DNA from: Candidatus Micrarchaeota archaeon
GTDB taxonomy: Archaea > Micrarchaeota > Micrarchaeia > Anstonellales > Bilamarchaeaceae
Length of the DNA stretch: 41,822 nt
Assembly: GCA_018304385.1 (NCBI GenBank)
Contig: JAGVWJ010000006.1
Coordinates: forward strand, 1 to 41,822
Reading direction: 5' to 3'
The notes under the pieces were generated by a model. That model saw only the letters and a program-made list of their open reading frames with translations, was not told where the DNA came from and searched no databases. Positions 25,693-34,735 of this stretch are shown piece by piece. The position numbers and the translations under genes were made by a program. How positions within the stretch are numbered: position 1 is the stretch's first letter; each line of letters begins with the position of its first letter.

Positions 25693-26784
25693 ATGCGTTC
25701 CCACACACAACAGGATGCTTTTTATCGTCGCGCAGTACGAGCACTGGGTCGCAATCATACTATACCTATAGAGCAAAGAGAGCGTGCCATTGAATTAGCT
25801 AGAATAATTGCAAAGGCTAAGGGAGAAGACACAGCCATAGAAAAACTTGGGACAAAAGATCTTAGAGTACTTTCTATAGGAGCTGCATATGCAGAACGAG
25901 GATCAGGTAAAGGCAGGGAGTTCTCTAGAAGGGAACCATTGCATGATGAGCAGCCAAGTGATATGCAGATTAGAAAAAAACTAAGAGATGCAAGAGATCG
26001 AGCAATAGAATTCTTAAAAGATTTTAATACAGTTCTAGCAGCTAATGTTAATGACCATCAACCTAGGATTGCAGAAGCGCTTTCAGCACTTGATAGAATA
26101 GGTATGCTCGATGAATTTAAGCGGGAAAATGTACTATTTTTTGAATTTTTGCAAATAAGGTTTGGTATGATTAATCACATTATTACTAATGTTAATGATG
26201 TTGTAGGTAGGCTAAACATGACAACCAGAGGCAAATATGGAAGAATAACAGTTGCAATAGAAAGGGGAGCGCTAAGTGCAGTTAGTTCGTACGTTGCAAG
26301 GAACGAGGAAAAAATCAAAGCCAGTAGAATTAAACTTGGTTCTACTCAAGTACCAGAGGGCAAGTCCGCTAGCTCAACCCCTGAATCTACGATGCATGAA
26401 CCACAAGCCGAAGAACCAAAAGCTGCAGAACCAGGGGCAAAACCCAAAACAAATCGAGCAGAGCCACGCTTAAGACAAATCTGTGGTGATGATCTTAGAC
26501 CAGAAAGTGTTATTGAATTACTGCTAACTGCTGATGCATCGCAAATATTTACTACTGTTGCATCTAGATTGGGCAATGGAGCAAATAGCAAAGATGTCGC
26601 TGCACTCTTAAGAAGAGAAGCAGATAGTTTTACTACTATAGAAACTCACGGTGAAGGGTATTATGCATGGAAAAGAGGTGGCCCAGGAAGGCATACGCCA
26701 ATATGCCCAGTTTCACAGGGTAATCCAGCTGATGTTATTAGGAGAAAGGCAGAAGAAATAGAAAGGTTGAGCAGTGGGCAGTGA
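25693..26784 (+). CDS. hypothetical protein; N-terminus homologous to that of the upstream gene
   Basis: 363-aa open frame; AKAKGEDTAIEKL aligns with ARAQGENAALQKI of the 25032 protein. Confidence 0.75.
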   Translation: MRSHTQQDAFYRRAVRALGRNHTIPIEQRERAIELARIIAKAKGEDTAIEKLGTKDLRVLSIGAAYAERGSGKGREFSRREPLHDEQPSDMQIRKKLRDARDRAIEFLKDFNTVLAANVNDHQPRIAEALSALDRIGMLDEFKRENVLFFEFLQIRFGMINHIITNVNDVVGRLNMTTRGKYGRITVAIERGALSAVSSYVARNEEKIKASRIKLGSTQVPEGKSASSTPESTMHEPQAEEPKAAEPGAKPKTNRAEPRLRQICGDDLRPESVIELLLTADASQIFTTVASRLGNGANSKDVAALLRREADSFTTIETHGEGYYAWKRGGPGRHTPICPVSQGNPADVIRRKAEEIERLSSGQ

Positions 26785-26802
26785 GCATTGAGCAATGGGC
26801 AA
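26768..26802 (+). repeat. five tandem heptamers TG(A/G)GCA(G/T/A)
   Basis: TGAGCAG TGGGCAG TGAGCAT TGAGCAA TGGGCAA spanning the stop of the 25693 gene. Confidence 0.8.
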
Positions 26803-26862
26803 AGATTACAAAAGTAAGAATAATTTATATATCTTTATATCTATTATAAATAAAGTGACTCT

Positions 26863-27921
26863 ATGAGATTGTTTATATTTTTTTTAGCATTATCCTTATT
26901 TTTAGCTGGTTGTTTCCATGATAAGGGGCAGCCTCCACCTTCTGATTCTGGTGTAACAATAGTGCAGCCATCAGATGGCAAGGATGATACAGATAGAACA
27001 ATTATTATAATAAAAAATGATACGCGTGGCCCAATAGATCGAGATGGTAAGGATGATGACGATGATGGGCTTCTACCTCCACCTGCAATTTCAAAAGTAA
27101 CACCTGGGTATACATCAACACCCGAAGAGCGATTTGCAATCTATTTCATTAATGTTGGTAAGGACGAGTTGCAAGGCGATGCTATCCTAATAAAAAAAGG
27201 AGATTTCGACATGCTTGTTGATGCAGGTAATGTACGCTCAACAAACAAGGTAGTTGATTTTCTAAAGAGCAAGGCAGTAGATGATTTGGAAGTGTTAGTA
27301 TCTACGCATGCGGATAATGAACATTATGGTGGCATTCCTGCTGTTTTGGATGAATTTGGCGTGGAAGAGTTTTGGTGGCCAGGCAAACTTTATGGAGACA
27401 GCGAGTACGATACATTGGTAAAGAGGATAAACAAAGATGGTATTGTAATAAAAGAGGTTAAACGAGGGGACAAATTCGATTTTAATGGTTTAACCTTTGA
27501 GATGCTCAATCCAAGTGCAACAAAAAGCTTTGGTGATCGCGATAATGATGCAGTAGTGATTAAGATATCACAGAATGAGTTTTGCACCTTACTAACAAGT
27601 GATATACTTGGCGGTGTACAAAATGAGATTGCAAATCTTGATGGAGGAAATAAAATAAGGTGTGATATTCTACAAGCTCCAGGCCATGGTTTGGGTCGTG
27701 CAACATCCCAAATAGACGTATTCTTACTTAAGGTTTCTCCAAAGGATGTAATATTTAGTGGATCAATAAATGATCCAGCCCAAGATTCAAAAGGTACAAG
27801 ATTTACTATTTTTGAAAAATTAAAAATTAGAAATGCACGGTCTTATGAAAATTATAAAAATGGCACAGTAAGAATAATTAGTGATGGTTCTACCTATGCA
27901 ATAGATCACATAACAAACTGA
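26863..27921 (+). CDS. ComEC/Rec2-like metallo-beta-lactamase-fold lipoprotein
   Basis: Lipobox FLAGC; FINVG..QGDAILI, MLVDAG, THADNEHYGG, LLTSD and APGHG motifs. Confidence 0.85.
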   Translation: MRLFIFFLALSLFLAGCFHDKGQPPPSDSGVTIVQPSDGKDDTDRTIIIIKNDTRGPIDRDGKDDDDDGLLPPPAISKVTPGYTSTPEERFAIYFINVGKDELQGDAILIKKGDFDMLVDAGNVRSTNKVVDFLKSKAVDDLEVLVSTHADNEHYGGIPAVLDEFGVEEFWWPGKLYGDSEYDTLVKRINKDGIVIKEVKRGDKFDFNGLTFEMLNPSATKSFGDRDNDAVVIKISQNEFCTLLTSDILGGVQNEIANLDGGNKIRCDILQAPGHGLGRATSQIDVFLLKVSPKDVIFSGSINDPAQDSKGTRFTIFEKLKIRNARSYENYKNGTVRIISDGSTYAIDHITN

Positions 27922-27925
27922 TTTT

Positions 27926-28753
27926 ATGAAAAGACTTTTAATTATTTTTTTGTTCTTGTTTTTATTCGGGTGTAATCAGATTCTTAAGAAAGACAAATAT
28001 AAGAACGAGAGCATTCAGCCATCAGCAGTCAGTAGTGTGCCTGATTCTTCGGCCCCTCAATCCGCCGCCCGTTCTAGCATTGAACCTATTGCTACCGAAG
28101 AATACTACTACCTTCGTTATTTTAATTTTCAGCATGCTAATTCCACATTACGTGAAGCACAACTTGAATTTATGAACAATGATGGCAAGCGCAATATTCA
28201 GGCATTGCTGTTAGTTGGGGAAGCAATTAATTCACAGTTTTGTAATAGTAAAATAGCTGTAAAATTTGATAGTTTTGTGAATGATTATGAATTTAATGAT
28301 GTTTTTGTTACTGTTAATTACTTGGGAAAGCAGCAGCAGTTTAATCTCTCAAGAAATGATAAAAGTGCGCTTCAATTTTCTTGCACTGGTATAGAAAAAA
28401 TGGCAAAGGAATTTACAACTAAGAAAGAAGCTGGGTATATTTTTGTTGGTGAAAAAGGGTTTACATTAGAAAATGATCTTATGAGTGATAATTCATGTGA
28501 TATAAATAAAGAATATAATAAAGTAATGTTAAAGCACCAAGATTGGTATAGCAGGAAATTTGATACACAGCCTGAGTTGCGCAGGTATATGTTTAGACCA
28601 AACACTGTTTTTTGTATAGGCAATGATCTTTATACATTAGAAGAGGATGAAGAGAGCAAACAATGCTATACACATTTAGGTAAGCGTGGCGTAGATACGC
28701 TTGGTTGTAGAAATTTAGAAGGGGCGATTGGGCCTGGGAATGATAACGAATAA
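27926..28753 (+). CDS. lipobox hypothetical protein
   Basis: FLFGC lipobox followed by a Ser/Pro linker. Confidence 0.7.
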   Translation: MKRLLIIFLFLFLFGCNQILKKDKYKNESIQPSAVSSVPDSSAPQSAARSSIEPIATEEYYYLRYFNFQHANSTLREAQLEFMNNDGKRNIQALLLVGEAINSQFCNSKIAVKFDSFVNDYEFNDVFVTVNYLGKQQQFNLSRNDKSALQFSCTGIEKMAKEFTTKKEAGYIFVGEKGFTLENDLMSDNSCDINKEYNKVMLKHQDWYSRKFDTQPELRRYMFRPNTVFCIGNDLYTLEEDEESKQCYTHLGKRGVDTLGCRNLEGAIGPGNDNE

Positions 28754-30310
28754 TTATTTTTCTCCTAAAATCTTTTCAGCCAATATTGCATAGGCTGGCC
28801 TTGAAATTAAAAATCCAAGTAATGAACCGAGTATTGTAGAAATCGAGAAGTTGATTACCTCAACTATACCTGAAAAGAGTAATGGAAGCATAGCAACAAC
28901 TGCAACAACAACATTTGTTTTTATTATATCAAATGCGTGTTCTATGCGTTCATGCAATGAGCCAGCTTTTTTTAACATCTCATCAGTTATTACAATCTGC
29001 GCATCAACACCAACGCCAATTGCAGCAATTATTCCTGCTATTGCAGCAAGATCTACAGTAAATGATCCTAATATTGATAATAGTATAATTAGTTCTGATA
29101 TGCTTATTGCAATTATAGGTAATATTACTTTTGGCGAGCTATATCGCAATGCAATTAATATAGATATCGCAACCAGTGCAGCAGTTATACCTATAAGACT
29201 TATCTTCAAAGCCTCATTACCAAGTGTTGCGGGTATTTCTGTTTTGCTGCCTAGTGATATTTGCACAGGTAATGCGCCACCCTTTAATATTGTTTCAAGC
29301 CTGCGTACCTCTTCTAGAGCTAGTTTTGAGCTTGTTTGCTGATCCCCAAATACATCAATTGATAATCCGGATGAACCACCTTGTATTTTTGGTGAAATAT
29401 CTTCTGTTTCTCTTATAACAAATCCTTTTTCCTTTATTTTATCTTTTATTGCAGCGTCCTCGCTTTTAGAAATAATTGCAATTGTTTTGTTTGTTTTCGG
29501 TGCAAATTCATCCAATTTTTCGATTATATACAATTCTATATTCCCTTCATCTAGTCGCAACGTATCGGTTGCAGTTTTTATTAGTTCACTATCTATTGCA
29601 TCTCCTGGTGCATCCTTTCTAAGATCTTTTAATGATATAAATATTGCAGCATCCTCTGGCCTATCTATGAACATATATAATGGAAAGTTTGCCTTGCCCT
29701 TAACTAGCCTTGCAAAATCTCCTCCGCCTTTTGCAGTTAAGCTGAATGCAACTGCCCAATCTCTGCCTTGTGGTGGCTGCGTTGAACCGATACTCTCCCT
29801 GTAAATATCTTCTCCTTTTATTACTATTTTACCATCTACAATACCAAAGAAAACACCTTGCTCAGAAAGAATTCCCTCAATCTCATCTATATTTTTATCA
29901 CTTGCCTTTGCAAGCTCTACGTTTATTGCATTATCGCCAATTGCACGCACACGGGCTTCAGTTAATCCTAGAAAACTAACACGCTTTTTTACTGTATCAA
30001 CTATTATGTTCATCGTTTCCTGATCAACTGATTTTTCCAGTATTATAGGTATTCTAACTCCGCCGTTAAAATCAATTCCAAACTTAATTCCATTTAATCC
30101 AATGTTAATTAGCGCCAGCGCAACCAATGCGAGTAACCCAGCTATTTTCATTTTCTGATCCTTCCACAAAACTGCGAGCGACCCAAATACAATTAATGCT
30201 AGAATTATTATAAGGCCTGCAAATTGTTTATATGCAAACGTGCCTATGGCTGCCAGTGCTAGCAAAATGAATATTAAAAATATTCTCCTGTCAATTTTCT
30301 TTTCTTCCAT
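28754..30310 (-). CDS. secD: protein translocase subunit SecD
   Basis: GIKFGIDFNGG, ILKGGALPV, GVGVDAQIVITDE and six C-terminal TM helices. Confidence 0.93.
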   Translation of the reverse strand: MEEKKIDRRIFLIFILLALAAIGTFAYKQFAGLIIILALIVFGSLAVLWKDQKMKIAGLLALVALALINIGLNGIKFGIDFNGGVRIPIILEKSVDQETMNIIVDTVKKRVSFLGLTEARVRAIGDNAINVELAKASDKNIDEIEGILSEQGVFFGIVDGKIVIKGEDIYRESIGSTQPPQGRDWAVAFSLTAKGGGDFARLVKGKANFPLYMFIDRPEDAAIFISLKDLRKDAPGDAIDSELIKTATDTLRLDEGNIELYIIEKLDEFAPKTNKTIAIISKSEDAAIKDKIKEKGFVIRETEDISPKIQGGSSGLSIDVFGDQQTSSKLALEEVRRLETILKGGALPVQISLGSKTEIPATLGNEALKISLIGITAALVAISILIALRYSSPKVILPIIAISISELIILLSILGSFTVDLAAIAGIIAAIGVGVDAQIVITDEMLKKAGSLHERIEHAFDIIKTNVVVAVVAMLPLLFSGIVEVINFSISTILGSLLGFLISRPAYAILAEKILGEK

Positions 30311-30314
30311 TCTT

Positions 30315-31415
30315 TTACACCATCACTTTACTCTCATGCTCCTTGCGTTCCATATACCACAATATTAATACTGCATTGATACCCCATGTTGCAAACAAAT
30401 CACCCACTAATCCAGCTAGTGCAACAGCCGATATATCAAAATATGTTGTTATTCTTGTGGCATTTGCTATTAGGAAAAGCACTGCGAATGCAATTATTGC
30501 AGCAATGCTCATTGTAGCACCGGTTTTTAGTGCACCCCATGCCTTTTCCCTGTTATTACCTGGTCTGTCCAGCATTCTTTTTGTAAGTAGTACATCCGTA
30601 TCTAATGAAAAACCAACAAGCATTAGCAGCGCAGCAAAGCTTGGCAGTGTAAATGGTATGCCAAACAAACCCATTGCACCCAATGCAATAGTTACATCGC
30701 TCGCAGAGCCTATTATTACTGCTGCTGCCGGTATTAATTTTCTAAAGAATAAGAATACGAATATAGTGCTTAGTATTGCTGATAGTATTACTACATTTTT
30801 TGCTTTATCTATAAATCTTATACTTAATGCTGGACTAACTGATTGCACAGATATTGAAGAGTATTTAACTGTTTTTTCTATTGGTTTTGCTATTTGATCC
30901 CTATAATCTGAATAAACCTTATTATATGCATTATTCATCTCTTTTCTTAGTTCATTAAGATTTGAGATTTCTTCTGCTTTTTTATCATTTTTTGTCAGTG
31001 TAAAGAGTTCATTCGTTACTACGTTTATTTCCCTTCTTTTTTCCAGATATTCTGGTAATGCAGCAGTGTTATTGGTAGTATTAACCTCTAATCTTTCAAC
31101 AAGCCCAATCTTGCTATTAAAGCTTGTTTTTAGTTCATCTGCCTTAAGCAGTATATCGCTTTGTTCTATTTCTATTTCTGCTTTATAACCAAATGTAGTT
31201 TCGAAAACCTTTATATCTGCCTTTATATTTTCGCTTTCTAAGTTTGTTTTTAATGCAGTTGTGTCTATGTTTTCATCTAGCGTAAGTGTAATTAGCGTTC
31301 CTCCTTTGAAATCTACGCCAAGTTTTATTTGTGGGATGTAATAAAGCGATAATATGATTAGTAGTAATGGTGGAATCATCAATAATTTATAATTTCCTTG
31401 ATAAATATTAGTCAT
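30315..31415 (-). CDS. secF: protein translocase subunit SecF
   Basis: LGVDFKGGT, GFSLDTDVLLT and DLFATWGINA. The track extension to 31457 is made of heptamer repeats. Confidence 0.93.
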   Translation of the reverse strand: MTNIYQGNYKLLMIPPLLLIILSLYYIPQIKLGVDFKGGTLITLTLDENIDTTALKTNLESENIKADIKVFETTFGYKAEIEIEQSDILLKADELKTSFNSKIGLVERLEVNTTNNTAALPEYLEKRREINVVTNELFTLTKNDKKAEEISNLNELRKEMNNAYNKVYSDYRDQIAKPIEKTVKYSSISVQSVSPALSIRFIDKAKNVVILSAILSTIFVFLFFRKLIPAAAVIIGSASDVTIALGAMGLFGIPFTLPSFAALLMLVGFSLDTDVLLTKRMLDRPGNNREKAWGALKTGATMSIAAIIAFAVLFLIANATRITTYFDISAVALAGLVGDLFATWGINAVLILWYMERKEHESKVMV

Positions 31416-31428
31416 AAAGTTACTGCCT

Positions 31429-31494
31429 TGAGCCTTGGGCCTTGAGCAATGAGCCACGTGTTTTGCTCACGGCACATTGCTCACTGCTCATTGC
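31429..31494. repeat. heptamer repeat cluster with inverted arm
   Basis: TGAGCCT TGGGCCT TGAGCAA TGAGCCA followed by inverted copies TTGCTCA, TTGCTCA and CTGCTCA. Confidence 0.75.
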
Positions 31495-31540
31495 AATTAG
31501 TATGTTTATATTAGAAAATTAGATTTTTAATAGTACTAGA

Positions 31541-33064
31541 TTAGAAAAATTGTTTACCTCGTCTCTTCCACGGTTGGTTTCTTTCTTTTGCTCGATCTAT
31601 TTCATGAAGAGCTGTTGCTGCTGCTTTCGCACCTCTTTTAGCATATCCTTGTAGTTCTGCAGTTGCTTCAGTTCTCTCACCGTTTCTGCCTTGCATAGCA
31701 GTGTGTTTTAATTCAAATATTCTTGCATTTAACTCTTGTTTTCTTATCTCTGCAATTCTTGGTAGAACTGCAATTGCTTCTTTGGCACTTGCTAAACCAA
31801 ATAAAAGTACTGCCTTTTCAATATTTGCCCTTACTGCTTTATCCCCTCTTTTATTTTCGAACAAAGCCATCATTGTTGGGATTGTATATGTAAGCTTATT
31901 AACTAGAATATGCCCTATTGCGAGATTTTTTGCCTGGTTGTCTGTTCCATTTAATACATCTAGAATTATTTGCTTCGCATCTTCATTACCATGTACTGCA
32001 AATCTTGCTATTGCGCTGATACAAGCATCCTTTATCTGGACATTCTCAGTTTTTCCCAGTGATTCTTTTAAGTGCGGTATGGCTTCAGGTACTATCCATC
32101 TTACAGCTGCAGCAACTGCAGCATTTTTTACATCTACATCTCTGTCATTTATTTTACTCTTTATTACGAGCTTTAATTGCATTGATAAACTCTTTCTCAT
32201 TGCAATAACATTCAACGCATAAATCGCTAATTTATGCTCACCGCGATATATCCAACCTAGCAGTTGATTTCTTATTTTTTCTTCAGGCATTCCAGCCATC
32301 ACATTTGCAATAAGTTTTGAATCGCCATTTAGCACTTTTGCAACAAGCATTGCACGTCCATCGCTGGTGCTTATCATTGCTTCTACTGCGAATTCTGCTG
32401 TCTGTGCATCGTGTAATCGTTGCTCTAAGAATTGTAAATCATTATCAAATGCCCAAACAATTCGTGCGCATGCGGCGCGAACTGCAGGTTGCTCGTGATA
32501 ATCCTTAAAATCATCCTCAACTATGTCCTTTAATCGCCTTGCTAATCGATCTACATTATCACTAAATAAAGGTCCTTCATCTTCAGCATAAGTAGTTTTG
32601 CTTTCTTTTCCTATTACCTCAATTATTCTAGCAAGATTTACTGCTTTCAGTTCTGAGAACAGACCCTTGCTTGTAACCATGCAAAATTCATCTACTAGTT
32701 TTCCAAATATTTTTGCCCTATGTGCTTGAGAGAGCGTTGGATATAATTTAATAAATTGATCTATTAACTTTGTAGCATATTCACCGCCTGCTTTAAGAAG
32801 TACGTCTATAACAAGTTTGGCTACTTGTGGATTTCCTTTTGCATCCTTTGCAATACCTTGAGTCCATGCATCTTTTAATTGCTCATCAGTTGTTGTTAGT
32901 CTATCTTTTAATGTGCTAGCTTGGGATCTATTCGCAATGGCAGTAGTTGTAGCATCCCACAACTTAGCGCCGAACCATTTTGCCTTGCCATTAGAACCAT
33001 TAGTGCCACTAGCGGTTTTTGGTCCTGTCACTTGAGCTTTGGGAGCGATCTGTGCCTCAGTCAT
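31541..33064 (-). CDS. HEAT-repeat-like hypothetical protein
   Basis: Ala/Leu/Ile-rich helical repeats such as DRDVDVKNAAVAAAVRWIVPEAIPHL and ENVQIKDACISAIARF. Confidence 0.7.
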   Translation of the reverse strand: MTEAQIAPKAQVTGPKTASGTNGSNGKAKWFGAKLWDATTTAIANRSQASTLKDRLTTTDEQLKDAWTQGIAKDAKGNPQVAKLVIDVLLKAGGEYATKLIDQFIKLYPTLSQAHRAKIFGKLVDEFCMVTSKGLFSELKAVNLARIIEVIGKESKTTYAEDEGPLFSDNVDRLARRLKDIVEDDFKDYHEQPAVRAACARIVWAFDNDLQFLEQRLHDAQTAEFAVEAMISTSDGRAMLVAKVLNGDSKLIANVMAGMPEEKIRNQLLGWIYRGEHKLAIYALNVIAMRKSLSMQLKLVIKSKINDRDVDVKNAAVAAAVRWIVPEAIPHLKESLGKTENVQIKDACISAIARFAVHGNEDAKQIILDVLNGTDNQAKNLAIGHILVNKLTYTIPTMMALFENKRGDKAVRANIEKAVLLFGLASAKEAIAVLPRIAEIRKQELNARIFELKHTAMQGRNGERTEATAELQGYAKRGAKAAATALHEIDRAKERNQPWKRRGKQFF

Positions 33065-33149
33065 ATCATATCCTCTAAGTAATTAGTATATTCTATTGTG
33101 TATCAAAGGGTTTTTAAATATGTGTTTTTTAGTGGTTTTTAAAGTAAAA

Positions 33150-33289
33150 TGGACTCGAGGGGATTTGCGTAACCCAATTAACTGTGGGTTTTGGGCCGCC
33201 TTTTCCTAAAAGGCGGAAATCGCACCCCCGGCCTCCCGAATGCGAATCGGGCGCTATATTAAGCCATTCGTCTGCTTAGCTACGAGCCC
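33150..33289 (-). tRNA. tRNA-Ala(CGC) with two non-canonical introns (D-loop: 33259-33271, 13 nt; 59/60: 33164-33218, 55 nt)
   Basis: Acceptor GGGCTCG/CGAGTCC with G3:U70 and A73; anticodon arm CCCGA-TTCGCAT-TCGGG; BHB helices AAGC/GCTT and TGCG/CGCA; spliced length 72 nt. The D-loop cut site is less certain. Confidence 0.85.
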
Positions 33290-33308
33290 AAAATTTAGTC
33301 TATTTTTA

Positions 33309-33638
33309 TTACTGATTGAATGCATTAAGCCTTCTTATAAGCTCAGTAAAAACAATCCTCTTTTTTTCTGTAGAAAGCTGGAAAAGAACTTTTTTTATTG
33401 CTTGGGAAGAGATAGTGAATATATAATTAATTTTTATTACACTATCTTTTATTGCACCCTCCTTTTTAGTCAAGGGAATACCTTTCATTTCTATATTACT
33501 GGTTATGCCAGCAACAATAATATTACCAAGTTCTTCAAATAAAACGACACATGGCCTTGTTTTTGTTCCAGGTGTATCTGTGAATTGAACTTCTGCAAGA
33601 ACCACGTCTCCTGATTTAAACACGTTCCCAAGCCTCAT
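33309..33638 (-). CDS. PemK/MazF-family toxin
   Basis: GDVVLAEVQFTD..TKTRPCVVL and IVAGITS motifs. Confidence 0.88.
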   Translation of the reverse strand: MRLGNVFKSGDVVLAEVQFTDTPGTKTRPCVVLFEELGNIIVAGITSNIEMKGIPLTKKEGAIKDSVIKINYIFTISSQAIKKVLFQLSTEKKRIVFTELIRRLNAFNQ

Positions 33639-33837
33639 CTTCCGTATTATCCCAGAGTTCCTTCATCTTTGCTTTTTGGATTTGACTCAAAAACCTGTCT
33701 TGGTACGACTCAGAATGCTTAGCAAGATCTACAAGTTCAGATATAACCTCGTTATAGCTTTCCCTTGGATGTTTTTTGAGTTTGTTAAGGTCTTCAAGTA
33801 CCTCAACATCTATTCTAACAGTTGTGAATTGTGACAT
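33616..33837 (-). CDS. putative antitoxin (small RHH-like)
   Basis: 73 aa, TTVRIDVEVLEDLNKLKKHPRESYNEVI; overlaps the toxin start. Confidence 0.75.
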   Translation of the reverse strand: MSQFTTVRIDVEVLEDLNKLKKHPRESYNEVISELVDLAKHSESYQDRFLSQIQKAKMKELWDNTEDEAWERV

Positions 33838-33858
33838 ATATACGCACCTATAGCTATT

Positions 33859-33872
33859 TATATGTACATATA
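33859..33872. promoter_or_regulatory. perfect 14-bp palindrome TATATGTACATATA, putative TA operator
   Basis: Lies between the minus-strand TATA (33875-33882) and the antitoxin start. Confidence 0.55.
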
Positions 33873-33899
33873 TTTTTATAAATCTTATGCAAGGGAAGA

Positions 33900-33920
33900 A
33901 ACCTCAGACCAGACCTGAGG
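33900..33920. repeat. 21-bp direct repeat copy 1 (AACCTCAG-ACCAGAC-CTGAGG)
   Basis: 20/21 identical to 35966-35986; internal inverted repeat CCTCAG-N7-CTGAGG. Confidence 0.8.
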
Positions 33921-33986
33921 ACGCTCTCAAGGTTTTGCCCTTGCTGTCGAGGTGCTTTCTGAGTACTGAGATCTATAAAGGTTGCT

Positions 33987-34724
33987 CTATTTTCGTATTA
34001 TCCAAACCATCTCTTGTTTTTCGTCTTTAAGACTTTCTCCGTTGAATCCACCGTAAACATTCCAAGTCTTGAAACCGGCTGCTCTAAGAAGTAATTCGAA
34101 CTCTTTTTTGTAGATGTAACAAAGATGCATTGGCAGTACTTTGCAAGTATGGCCTTTGGCATCAGTTAGAAATGAGGTCGCACGGATTAGTTGTTTCATT
34201 GGTTCGTAGTATATCTGTTCTTGACGAAAATATTTTACTCCTTTTATCAATACAGTATCTCTTTTTGTTTTTACTCCATTTCTTTTTGCCATGATGGTAA
34301 AACTCGGATAAAAGAAATTTATTATCAATTTTCCTCCCTTCTTTAAATGTTTCTTGAAGTTCTTCAAGGTTTTAATCTGATCTTCGCTTGATTCAACATG
34401 ATTGAATGCCCTATAAGGAACGATAACCAGGTCGTATTTCTTGTTTGCATTAAAATTTTGCATGTTTGCTTTCCATACGTTGGGTTCAAGACCCATGGTC
34501 TTTGCTTTTTTACGCAGTACGTCAAGCATTTTTGCAGAGAGGTCTATTCCTTCGATATTTATGCCATTTTTAAGTAATGGAAGAAGAATTCTTCCTGTTC
34601 CACAAGCAATTTCCAACACATTGCCCCTAGCTTTCTTTGCTTGCATTAGATAGAACTTCAAATCTCCTTTAGTGCCAATATAGACATGATCATAAATTTC
34701 TGCGAATTCGTTGTAATCTTTCAT
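33987..34724 (-). CDS. class I SAM-dependent methyltransferase
   Basis: VLEIACGTGR, GIDLS and YDLVIV motifs; AGGTGA SD before ATG 34724. Confidence 0.9.
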   Translation of the reverse strand: MKDYNEFAEIYDHVYIGTKGDLKFYLMQAKKARGNVLEIACGTGRILLPLLKNGINIEGIDLSAKMLDVLRKKAKTMGLEPNVWKANMQNFNANKKYDLVIVPYRAFNHVESSEDQIKTLKNFKKHLKKGGKLIINFFYPSFTIMAKRNGVKTKRDTVLIKGVKYFRQEQIYYEPMKQLIRATSFLTDAKGHTCKVLPMHLCYIYKKEFELLLRAAGFKTWNVYGGFNGESLKDEKQEMVWIIRK

Positions 34725-34735
34725 CGTTTCACCTT

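Noticed and set aside
25693-25990. TFB/cyclin-repeat resemblance of the 363-aa protein N-terminus
   Set aside because: Only a loose helical pattern, with no zinc ribbon or GR-x-x-x motif. The segment is better explained by homology with the neighbouring gene.
26768-26802. CRISPR array
   Set aside because: 7-bp tandem units without spacers; no cas genes and no 25-40-bp repeat-spacer array seen anywhere in the window.
31416-31457. N-terminal extension MAHCSRPKAQGSNF of SecF
   Set aside because: Encoded by the heptamer repeat; MTNIY is the more natural start.
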